Source: Naegleria gruberi
Taxonomy: Eukaryota
Assembly (NCBI GenBank): GCA_000004985.1
Contig: GG738865.1
Direction: 5' to 3' (one strand)
Length of the DNA stretch: 64,000 nt
This document shows positions 1 to 9,688 of the stretch, in pieces (position 1 is the first letter of the stretch; every line of letters begins with the position of its first letter). The translations under genes were made by a program, and so were the position numbers. The notes under the pieces are model-generated. The model did no database searches. It was not told the DNA's origin and was given only the letters and a program-made list of their open reading frames with translations.

Positions 1-210
1 CATTACAAAATTGTGCCAAGACAAATGGGTCATCTTTAAAGATAGGATCATCTTTTAAATGATAATAAAATCCTCTTCGCTTACTCCTCTCGAATATTTA
101 AGGATCGCCAAATTTCGATCTCTTTAGAGAAAATTTACGTTTTGCTTTTTTTTAAAATTGGTGTTTCCTCATCAACATTTGCATCCTCATACAATAAATC
201 AACAATAAAA

Positions 211-795
211 ATGTCAAATAGTGAAAGCGGATCAAAAATAGAGTTAGAATTTGAGGTTGTTCAAAATGGTATTTATGGTAAGAAGGATTTCAGAGATGCT
301 CTCATTTTGCAATCGTAAGTGTTGTTATGTGGAAGTTGTTGTGTGTTGAAAATATTTATCATCATCATGGAATAGAGCAAAGGATTGTCCAAGTGTAGCA
401 ATCAAAAAGGAAGTAGAAACACACACTAATTTTGATACACACGTGTTGGTTTATGTTTCATCAGGAAATAAACCAACTGGTGGATATAGTGTTGTAGTAA
501 AGAAAGCACAATATGATTCCGAAAAGAAGGCAATTGTTGTGCACGCAAAGGTAAGATCAAATTGTTGCTGCTTTTCAAATATATTAATAATATTAATATT
601 TATTCCGTCGTTTGATATCAAACTTATGAATACCTGAAAATATAGGATGCTGAACCAAAGGATTCCTGTGCAACAATGGCTTTGACTGTGCCATTTTCTG
701 TCATTCGTGTAAAGAAACTTGAACATCCATTTGAAAAGGTAAAGCTCAGATGGATGAAAAAGAAATCATCAAGCCACGAAAGTCAGCACGAATAA
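211..795 (+). CDS. Small protein with a PrcB_C-like domain (three exons; ends approximate)
   Basis: Exon 1 runs from the ATG at 211 to 314 and is followed by GTAAGT. Exon 2 ends at 550 before GTAAGA and probably starts at 376 or 394, both after AG and in frame. Exon 3 starts at 646 after ..TATAG and reaches a TAA at 795. The translation ..GNKPTGGYSVVVKKAQYDSEKKAIVVHAKV / DAEPKDSCATMALTVPFSVIRVKK matches the PTGGY..tqA.t.Pf..v.v motif of bacterial PrcB C-terminal domains. Confidence 0.4.
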
Positions 796-923
796 AGCAA
801 AATAAATTTGTATTTTAATTTTACTTGTGAGATTGTTTTACACCCAATGTAATATCGTCAAAAGTTTGTTCATCTTGTACGTTAAAATGTTGTTATTATT
901 GTGTTTATGATGAAAAATCCAAT

Positions 924-1265
924 TTAATCTTCAGCAACTTCTCCGAGGAAGACTCTTCTCAAGACCATGTTGGAGTGTGGGAGCAAAGCGTACCAAGCCC
1001 AGAAACCTAATGAAACACCCCAGAAAGCACCAGACTTAGCTCTAGGAGTCCAGACAGCTGTAGCGTTCTTCAAAAATCCAAAATAGTGCTTTGGGTACAA
1101 TGACTTTCCTTGCAAAGCATAGACTGGAAGACGGGAACCAGAAACAGATGAAACAGATGATGATTTAGCAACTTCTCCAGCAAAGACAGAGACTGGAGTG
1201 TGGTGAGGGACATCATGAACAATAACGTCCTTTGGCAAGGAGGTGGAGCCAATATTAATTTTCAT
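924..1265 (-). CDS. Small conserved protein, possibly an ATP synthase subunit f-like mitochondrial membrane protein
   Basis: An ATG (reverse complement of cat at 1263-1265) opens a 113-aa ORF. Its C-terminal segment ..KHYFGFLKNATAVWTPRAKSGAFWGVSLGFWAWYALLPHS resembles the hydrophobic C-terminus of Atp17/subunit f. The similarity is weak. Confidence 0.3.
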   Translation of the reverse strand: MKINIGSTSLPKDVIVHDVPHHTPVSVFAGEVAKSSSVSSVSGSRLPVYALQGKSLYPKHYFGFLKNATAVWTPRAKSGAFWGVSLGFWAWYALLPHSNMVLRRVFLGEVAED

Positions 1266-1406
1266 TTTTTTTTGTTGTTTACAAAATTTACTCCTTTTGG
1301 TCTACTGGAGGAGAATTATTCATTTGAAAGATAGAACAATTGTGCATTCATTTCAGATTGTTTGAAATTTTCAACACTTTTAAACAGTACATCCAATAAT
1401 TATTTA

Positions 1407-2657
1407 TTAAAATAAATTATCATTGTGCATACTTTTAATGATTGGTGGAATGAGCGATTGTGACGACTTGTCGTAATCTATACTGAGCAGTGGATGTTGA
1501 TTCTTAATGTTGCAGTCTGCTAACCAATCTGGTACAGCATTATTGGTTTTGATAAGATGCATTTTGAATAGTTTAGAGCTAGAAAGATTTTTGAGTTTTT
1601 CCCTAATCACCTTTTCAGAATGGTCATGTTTCTCCCTCTTTATCTTATTCTTGTTATCCATATCTATGCTCCACTGAGATGGATGTAAGAACCATCTCTG
1701 TCCAAAATTTTGGGCTTTCTTTCTTTTTTGAACCAAGAATTCCTGTTCATGATTTGTCCTCGTAATAGACGTTATTTTCGTTTCCTCTTCTTCATCTGAT
1801 GAGTCTCTACCATCATCCAATCTTCTCTTATAATCCAGATAATCACTGTCTTCAACATACAGCTCTTCATCCTCAACTAAATCAGCAGGAAAATCAATGG
1901 TTTCTTTCATCTCTTGTTCCAAAGGGTGTAGCGAACAATAGGATGGAACTAAATCATCTCCACCTTCATCTGAAGATCCTCTTGATCCATTTTCATCCTC
2001 ATTATCAATTGGAGAAGGCCTTTTATTTCCTGAACCCATTGCAGACAGGTTTCCTCCAGAGCCTTGCCTCCTCATTAATCTTGGTAAAGAAATTTTCCTC
2101 TCAAATGATTGTTCTTGACCCTTTTCAATTCCTATATTATTGTACATTTTAATATCTCGCTCTCTAAGTATTTCCTCAACTTCATTCTGTTTGTGTCCAA
2201 ATTTTTCTCTATGTTTTGCTAGAACATTTGACATTGTTTCAGATATTGCAAATCTATCTTTCACAATAGGTGAAACAGGATGATAAGTCTCATCCTCTTC
2301 TCTTTTTTCTCTAATGTTATGTTCAATTTCTTGAAATAAAACCTGTTGTTTCAAAATTCTTTCATTCTTTAATTGCAAAATACCTTTCTTTTCTCTTGCA
2401 GAAATCGAACCAGATTGATCCAAGGAGGTGTCCATATAACTTTCTTCTTGATCTATTTGTTCTTCATCCATATTATAAAACCTCCAATTCTTTGAAGCTA
2501 ATTTTCTCTGAGGTACTTTTTCCGATTTATGTTTCTTCTCTATGAGTGCTGTTCGTTGCTTTGGTATTTCAAGCGATGACTTTGCCTGATTATGCCTTAC
2601 ATGCCCCGATGTTGGAATATCTTCAATTGGTGATTTTCCAAGGTAAAAGAGAGACAT
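1407..2657 (-). CDS. Hypothetical acidic, Ser/Glu-rich protein (416 aa)
   Basis: A long intronless ORF starts at an ATG at 2657. It is charged and of low complexity, and I recognise no domain. The antisense ORF 1799..2152 is spurious. Confidence 0.45.
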   Translation of the reverse strand: MSLFYLGKSPIEDIPTSGHVRHNQAKSSLEIPKQRTALIEKKHKSEKVPQRKLASKNWRFYNMDEEQIDQEESYMDTSLDQSGSISAREKKGILQLKNERILKQQVLFQEIEHNIREKREEDETYHPVSPIVKDRFAISETMSNVLAKHREKFGHKQNEVEEILRERDIKMYNNIGIEKGQEQSFERKISLPRLMRRQGSGGNLSAMGSGNKRPSPIDNEDENGSRGSSDEGGDDLVPSYCSLHPLEQEMKETIDFPADLVEDEELYVEDSDYLDYKRRLDDGRDSSDEEEETKITSITRTNHEQEFLVQKRKKAQNFGQRWFLHPSQWSIDMDNKNKIKREKHDHSEKVIREKLKNLSSSKLFKMHLIKTNNAVPDWLADCNIKNQHPLLSIDYDKSSQSLIPPIIKSMHNDNLF

Positions 2658-2915
2658 TTTACTTTGATTTTAATATGATTATGTAAATGTATGTTTTCCT
2701 ACTGAGTGTTCTTCATATTCTAATGACCAGCATTGAGGTTGAGGTTTTTTTTGCAAATGAAATTTTACTGGTTGCGAATTATTATTTACAGTATGTGCAG
2801 ATCAGAACTCTGAATTGTTCCTCATCACGAATTTAATTAGTAATTAATTAATCAAAATATCAAAATCAAATAGCATAAAAATCTAAATTACTAACATATG
2901 ATATTCTCTTAAAAA

Positions 2916-4643
2916 ATGATTTCAAGAAATGGCTCGGATCAACAAAAAATTAGTAAATCATTAAATTCCATTGAACATGATGATGCAGATGAAGAATATT
3001 ATAATGATATTATTGAATTATCTCCGAGTGAATTCATTTCCAAGTATATTGATGATTCAATTTATTTTAATGATGATGCTGTTGATGATTTTAATTCAAT
3101 GGGAATAGAAGAACCAAAAAGAAAAGCAAATTTTCATGATGTTTCAACAGATGTATTGTGTTATATTATTTTGACTTATCTGGATTGGAAGACTGTCTTT
3201 TCAAGTTGCTTGTCTGTGAGCAAGGAGTTTTTCAGAAGAATTGCAAATAATAGACTATTATTTATTAATTTATTTAATGAATTGTTTGTGATGAAACAGG
3301 AAGAAATTGATAGCTTGACATTTAATAGTACATTTAAACACAAAAACTGTCATGTGGAAGATATTGCTCAATATGCAGGGTTTGGAATACCTAATGAACA
3401 TTATCATTTTTGTAGAGATTACGATTATGAGTGGCCAAATCAATCTGAATTTAATGAAATGCACAAGCTTCTAAAAAAGCATTATGTCAATAACAGTAGA
3501 ATGACTGATGCAAAATTGAGATTAATTAGAGAAAGGTGGAATAATGCTATTTCTGTCTATAAAAAGAGTAAGAATATGAAACGAACCACATCTAAAAAGG
3601 AAGAAAACCAAGCTTTACTAAATCTCATCAAGAGAATTATCAAGGATAGATTATTTATGAGAAAGTTCTTTAATAAGGATTTGAAATCAGTGAAAATATG
3701 TCATCTTCACTATTCCCATTTCGTCAAACATGAGAGGTTGGGTTATGAGGAAGCAAGAAATAGATCTGCTAATCAACTTCCATTGAAAGATCAGGTAGAG
3801 CATCTAGTTAATGGAGAAGGCCCATATGAAATGTTTGAGCTCGAGGAAATAGTTATTGGAAACCTCAATAGTGTTTATAATCCTACAGATGAATTTATAC
3901 GTTGTTTTAAAAATTATTCATATGCAGATAGCGAAGGAATAGTTTCGTTTTTAGCGAGTAAGTTTTATTAGAATTAAAATCATTAACAATATCAAGATGA
4001 CATACCCGACAGACAAAAAATGATTTCGACAATCTCAACATATGATATTGAACCAATATTCACAACTTTCCCAAATTTGAAAGCATTTGTGAGTAGAGGT
4101 CACTTTGGAAACATCAGCCATATCAAAAGCATTAACTTGGTTGTGCTAATCTTAACAACAGGTGGCATGGATGCTTCAACATTGAATGGTATTTTAAATT
4201 GTGAATTCCCACAGCTTAAACATTTAGAGTTATGGTTTGGATCGTATGATTATGGAAATTCTATTCATGCAAATGATTTGGAAGAATTGCTTTCTCCTGA
4301 AGAAAATGGAAGATACCCGTTATTGGAATACTTTGGAATCCGTAACTCCCAAAATGTAGATCAGTTTTTAACACCAATAGCTAACTCTAACCTCTTGAAA
4401 AGATTGAGAATTCTTGACTTGTCTCTATGTGGCATGTCCACAACAGGACCTACATTTCTTGACTTCTCTAAAATGTTAGAGAAAAAAACAAGAAGCTCAT
4501 TTCCTCTATTGGAACTAGTAGATATCCATAGAAATTATATTACAAATCAGGATAGAGATGCCATTATTGAAATATTTGATAGACTTGGAATCATAGTTGA
4601 CGTCTCAATCATATATTACAGATATATTGCTGTCGGGGAATAA
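2916..4643 (+). CDS. F-box / leucine-rich-repeat (RNI-like) protein, two exons
   Basis: Exon 1 is 2916..3957 and exon 2 is 3997..4643. A 39-bp GTAAGT..CAAG intron (3958..3996) joins the two track ORFs in frame (..FLAS-N-DIPDRQKMISTIS..). An F-box-like motif (DVLCYIILTYLDWKTVFSSCLSVSKEF) is followed by LRR-like segments (LRILDLSLCGMS..). Confidence 0.6.
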
Positions 4644-4741
4644 TTTATAGTTAGATTCATATATAGTTGGTTAGGATTTTGGATTTTTTGTCACAGAATT
4701 GATGATGAAGATTATGAAGATTCATTTTCTACAGCAATGAT

Positions 4742-7700
4742 TTATTTACTATTCACAAGGTTGAATTTGGACATTGATTTTTCAATCATTTCAGAATCTT
4801 TGGAAAAAGAAATATAATCATCGGTAAATACAAATCTTGAGAAGGTATCTGAAAGATTTAGGATAACATTTTCCATCAATGTTTCAATACATTGAGAGAT
4901 TGAGCTAGTGTCAATCTCTTGACTTTCTTCACAATATTCCTTATACATTTTTGCAAATGACTTACTACAATTCGAAGGAATATTCACTTCCATTATTGAA
5001 CCTGCCTTGACATAATTTTCATAAATATGGGAAATTATTTCACAATTGAAATTTCCATTCTGTTGTTTGATATAGTGGTAGAGATATAAATTCTCAGTTG
5101 AAAATTCCTTCTTACAGAATTGTTCCAACAATGAAGAACCATGGCTATTTCCAAGTAAGGTAAATAATTCCTTATTATCTTCTTCATCTTGAAGTTTTTC
5201 GGCCCCTTTTCTGTTAAAAGTTTTGATTTTGTAAAGAATTGTCATCAATGAGCTGAATCCACCAAATACTAAAATGTAGAACAAAATATAAACTAATTCG
5301 AAAGCAAACGAAGCGTTATCATTAGGCAGTATTCTCACATAGCCTTCCTCTGACTTGTATCTCGATTCTAAAGTGCTCAAACCAAGTGAAATATTCAAAA
5401 TAAGAAAGAAGAAGCTCACAATAAACAAAATCATTTCCCATCTAAAGAATAGAGGTGAATCTTGTGTGAAAATCAAATCTTTGAAAGATCTGTTCTTTGA
5501 TTTGACACAACCAAAAATGAAATCAAAAAGGAATACACAAGTAATCAATGTACCCATGGTAAGAATCATCACTGCATATGAGATTACAACTATATATCCG
5601 AATGTTTCTAATGAAATTGCCTTCACACCAAGTAATATTACCCACAAAGTCCAATAACACAAATTTGCAACACAGAAAACGATCAATGTTCCAATGAAAA
5701 CCTTATTTGAGGTTAGAATTTTCAATACTTTCAATGTTGCATTCTTTGATTTGTCTTCTTTAATGGAAATGAGATCGTAGAAATATTTCAATAATTCGAA
5801 TCTAATAACTTGAATCAGATAGGACAAAATTGCTGTCAAATTGAGAGAATTGGCAAAGATCATGACAATGTTGGCAATTAGAGTTGCTGCCGAATCGGCG
5901 TTCTTACTCTCTTCACTTAAAATGTTTGTTTGACGAATTAATTGGTCAACCAGAACACTTCTCTGAACAATATAAATTAACACGCATTCAACAATCAATG
6001 CAATCATTCCAATATAGGGAGTTGCTAATCTAGAAGCTATTGGTTGACTCTTTCTAAATATGAATAAAGTTATCAAAACCATTAAGGAAATTATTAAATA
6101 GAAAATACCAAAACTAATTTGAGCAAAGTATGTATCAGATAATTGATTCATCACAGAAATGCTTGTTGCTACTCTCTTCTGACCAATAAATGTTGTAAAC
6201 AATGTGGTGTGATTACAAGCACATTCAATAAAACCATCTTGAACTTGGTTGACCAAACAACCTTCACTGCTCCACAATCTAGCTTGTTCATCCCAATAAT
6301 CACAACTATATTCTTCTGATTTGTTGATGGATTTAGACTCAAACGTCAATAAAATAGGTTGTTCCAAATTTGAAAGTTTTACAATTTGATTTTCTTTGTA
6401 AAATTTAAAGTCCATAGCTGAGGAAGAAGCATTTCTGGAATCATTGTAATGATTTTCACCATAATTGATCAATGAAATAGCACATTCTTTATCAAAGGCA
6501 TCGTATCTTGATAGAATTGCATTAGAATCGAATAGAACCTTATTGCTTCCTTGATTAATTGATTTTTGACTGTTTCCTGATTTGTAAATCTTGAATGATG
6601 ATATTATTAAATTAATATTCGTGCTATTGAATTCAATCTTTGGTAATTGTGATAGCGTTGAGTTCACTGACAATTCGCTAATGATTAGTATTTCAGAAAG
6701 TGAATTAGTCAACTTTCTAATATTATCAAAATCAGAAATTAAATTAGACAGTATACCAACTAGTTGTTCAATATCTTGCTTTGGGATCTTGTTTCTGACA
6801 AATCCAAATAGCTGATTCGAATATTGATAAGCAACTTTAGTCACACTTAACAAATCACCAAATTTAGATTCCAAATCGAAAATTACATCCTGATCTAAAA
6901 GGGCATATGTGTTGGTAAGGAATTTCAATAGAAACATGTTGGAAAATTGATTATTCAATAGAAGTTGTTTAACTAGTTGATTATTAAGTTCTTTTGATCT
7001 GTCAAGTGTCATATCTAAGGCAATGCTAGCAAGAATGTTAAAGTTAGAATTGCTATTGATAACTCTATTCATTAATTCAAGATAATTTCCATCAAATTTT
7101 GATATTTTGATAGAAAATGAACTTGTAATTGTCTCAACATTTCCATATTCATCTTTACCAATTATGGAAAGATAATAATTAGACTGTTTTAAAAATGGAA
7201 ATCTAACATTTTGTGTTCTATTATATGAAAAATCAGTAATTCTCATTAATTGTCCCATATAATGCACCCCAATTGCATATTGTAAAGATACAGAGCTGTT
7301 CCAACTATTGATTGTCAAATTGAATACATCTCTAATAGCAACACCTTCCAATGGAGTATTATTGGCGAACAAGTTATTAGAATCGACTGGTTTCATATAT
7401 TGATAAACTGGAATTTCTGAAGAATAGACAATTTCACTTCCCGCCAAATTTGTGAAATTCAAAGAAAATATCAAAGTTCCATATTGGTCAACTGAATTGC
7501 CATTGAATTGAACGAGAAGAGGTGATTTCAAACTAACTTTTTGTAATAAGGTTTCTTGTGCCATTGTCACCATTGAACTTTCGGTCTTTTTCAGATAAAC
7601 TTGTGAATTAATCATGTAATAAATTGACAATGAATACTTGGTTTCACATTTTGATTCACTCAATTTACAATCCTTCATCCATAAACTACTTATTTCATCC

Positions 7701-9283
7701 TTCATTTCAAGTTTTGAAACAATAAATGTATAATCAATAGTATTATTCTTATTGGAAATCAAAACTTGTGGCATTCCCAAAACTGTAAACAAATTATTTG
7801 AAATATTTGTGGGATGTGTGTTACTAGAAACAATTGTCAGGGTGAAATATTGCAGTGTGGAGTTCATTTCTGTGCCTTTCAATGCTTTTGCTTGGAATAA
7901 ATAGGTTCCAGTAAAACTTCCAGAGTTGATTACTAAAATTGGAGATTGAGCATTTGTTGAGTAATTGACCATATTGGAACAATTAAGACATTTCCATTCA
8001 TACGTAAGTAATTCAGTTAATGAACTAAGAATAACCACTTGGGTTGATTGAGAATCATCAATGGTTTCTTCATATTTGCTCAACCAAATATTAAATGTCT
8101 TTACAACAGGATCTGGTTGAGTAGAATTAATACTAGACATTGCAGAACAATCAGTTCCACTAAAACCAGCATTACATACACAATAGTTTTGTAAAATGCA
8201 TGTTCCATTACCTGAACAAACATTTGAATCATTTGACAATTTTCCAAAACAAGTAATGACATCTACATTAGGACTGTTTTGATAACATCTTGTCAAATTT
8301 TGAGTCAAAGAATATCCTGAATTGCATCTGGGTGTAAGTTTTCTTACCCTCTTTTCATCCCTATCAATGAAATAAATTTCTCCTTTCCAAACTTTAACTG
8401 AAATTGGAAATTTCAATGATGAAAGAGTTGCATCCAAATTATCAGCAGTGGAAACGTCAATTTGTGAACCTGCAATGATGGAAATGTTTCCATCTGGTTG
8501 AATTCTCTTAATGAATTTACCAGAAGAAACAAAGAGTTGACCTTGCTCATCCATAAATGAACTTGTTGGTTGGTCAATTGGTTGAAAATGAATTGTTTGA
8601 GAAGATATGTTAACAACATTAATCATGTTAATTCCAATATCTGAAATATAACAAAGTGAACCAGAAATGTGAATATCAACTGGTTGGCTCAAAGCTCCTG
8701 TGGTAATAGCACTTTCGGTCACAATTTTCTTCCAAACTTTTTTTTGTTTCGAATCCAAATAATAAATTGAAGAATCAGCAAGTCCTACTTGAATTCTAAA
8801 CACTTCATTCGATGTGTGAACTTTGGCAGAAGGTAACGTAGTTGAGTTCTCAAAAATCTTAAATACGAAACTTGTTGTCGAATAGAAACTGCCAAAATAA
8901 ATAGCATCTCCATCCATAACAATGCTAGTTAAATTTCCCAACGTGGCCTCACTCATTAAAACTCCAGGAGATGGATAACCAAATGTGGATGTACCAAAAA
9001 GTTTTTGCATGTGTCCAGTGGATTTGTTAATCTTTCGAATATTAAATTCATCCAATAGATAGATATCTCCTGTTTGTTCATGAATGGCTAATTCTTTAGG
9101 ATCATGTAACATGATTTGGGTTGCAAGAGTTGAGTTGTTTGTGTCCATGCTGCCACCACCAGCGATGGTTTCAATTGAGTAAGAAGGTGAAACATATTGT
9201 TGTGCATGTAGTGCCTTGAATGTGGTGAGTAGCATGGCTAAAGTAACTAACACAAGACACATCAAGCGTCCAATACCTTTCAT
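4742..9283 (-). CDS. Giant adhesion-GPCR-like receptor: signal peptide, NHL-like propeller, EGF, GAIN/GPS, 7TM and a C-terminal RGS domain
   Basis: This is a 1512-aa intronless ORF starting at an ATG at 9283. It opens with a signal peptide (MKGIGRLMCLVLVTLAMLLTTFKALHA). Propeller-like repeats follow, then an EGF module (CSGNGTCILQNYCVCNAGFSGTDC) and a long N-glycosylation-rich stalk. A GPS motif (CDYWDEQARLWSSEGC..FIECACNHTTLFTTF) sits immediately before seven hydrophobic helices. The cytoplasmic tail carries an RGS-like domain (LLEQFCKKEFSTENLYLYHYIKQQ...EVNI...FAKMYKEY). Confidence 0.65.
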   Translation of the reverse strand: MKGIGRLMCLVLVTLAMLLTTFKALHAQQYVSPSYSIETIAGGGSMDTNNSTLATQIMLHDPKELAIHEQTGDIYLLDEFNIRKINKSTGHMQKLFGTSTFGYPSPGVLMSEATLGNLTSIVMDGDAIYFGSFYSTTSFVFKIFENSTTLPSAKVHTSNEVFRIQVGLADSSIYYLDSKQKKVWKKIVTESAITTGALSQPVDIHISGSLCYISDIGINMINVVNISSQTIHFQPIDQPTSSFMDEQGQLFVSSGKFIKRIQPDGNISIIAGSQIDVSTADNLDATLSSLKFPISVKVWKGEIYFIDRDEKRVRKLTPRCNSGYSLTQNLTRCYQNSPNVDVITCFGKLSNDSNVCSGNGTCILQNYCVCNAGFSGTDCSAMSSINSTQPDPVVKTFNIWLSKYEETIDDSQSTQVVILSSLTELLTYEWKCLNCSNMVNYSTNAQSPILVINSGSFTGTYLFQAKALKGTEMNSTLQYFTLTIVSSNTHPTNISNNLFTVLGMPQVLISNKNNTIDYTFIVSKLEMKDEISSLWMKDCKLSESKCETKYSLSIYYMINSQVYLKKTESSMVTMAQETLLQKVSLKSPLLVQFNGNSVDQYGTLIFSLNFTNLAGSEIVYSSEIPVYQYMKPVDSNNLFANNTPLEGVAIRDVFNLTINSWNSSVSLQYAIGVHYMGQLMRITDFSYNRTQNVRFPFLKQSNYYLSIIGKDEYGNVETITSSFSIKISKFDGNYLELMNRVINSNSNFNILASIALDMTLDRSKELNNQLVKQLLLNNQFSNMFLLKFLTNTYALLDQDVIFDLESKFGDLLSVTKVAYQYSNQLFGFVRNKIPKQDIEQLVGILSNLISDFDNIRKLTNSLSEILIISELSVNSTLSQLPKIEFNSTNINLIISSFKIYKSGNSQKSINQGSNKVLFDSNAILSRYDAFDKECAISLINYGENHYNDSRNASSSAMDFKFYKENQIVKLSNLEQPILLTFESKSINKSEEYSCDYWDEQARLWSSEGCLVNQVQDGFIECACNHTTLFTTFIGQKRVATSISVMNQLSDTYFAQISFGIFYLIISLMVLITLFIFRKSQPIASRLATPYIGMIALIVECVLIYIVQRSVLVDQLIRQTNILSEESKNADSAATLIANIVMIFANSLNLTAILSYLIQVIRFELLKYFYDLISIKEDKSKNATLKVLKILTSNKVFIGTLIVFCVANLCYWTLWVILLGVKAISLETFGYIVVISYAVMILTMGTLITCVFLFDFIFGCVKSKNRSFKDLIFTQDSPLFFRWEMILFIVSFFFLILNISLGLSTLESRYKSEEGYVRILPNDNASFAFELVYILFYILVFGGFSSLMTILYKIKTFNRKGAEKLQDEEDNKELFTLLGNSHGSSLLEQFCKKEFSTENLYLYHYIKQQNGNFNCEIISHIYENYVKAGSIMEVNIPSNCSKSFAKMYKEYCEESQEIDTSSISQCIETLMENVILNLSDTFSRFVFTDDYISFSKDSEMIEKSMSKFNLVNSK

Positions 9284-9688
9284 TCTATGACCTTTCGAAT
9301 AAAAACAATTTCAGTGAAGGTGTGAATTTTTTTTTTAAGAAACAACAATACCAACAAAAGAGCATCCAAATTCACAACTATTGACTCTTCCATGCTACCA
9401 ATCGTGGAACAATTACCCGTGACTCGCTTTGTAAACTCCAAAATGATTCCCTTTTCGAAATGGATGTTTCTCATGTCCATTGGAGAACTACAAGTTAAAG
9501 CAAGAAATATCTGGAAATGTAACATGGTCACCACAGAGATATATGTTAAATGTTAGAGAACTCTTGGTTTCCTAGGAGTTGAATGCAACACAACATAATG
9601 ATTACTATTTTAATGTGTTTGGTTCAACCAAGTACTTAACAGTGATTGAATATCATCTTGGTGTGAACAGGTGGACAAACAGACCGAA

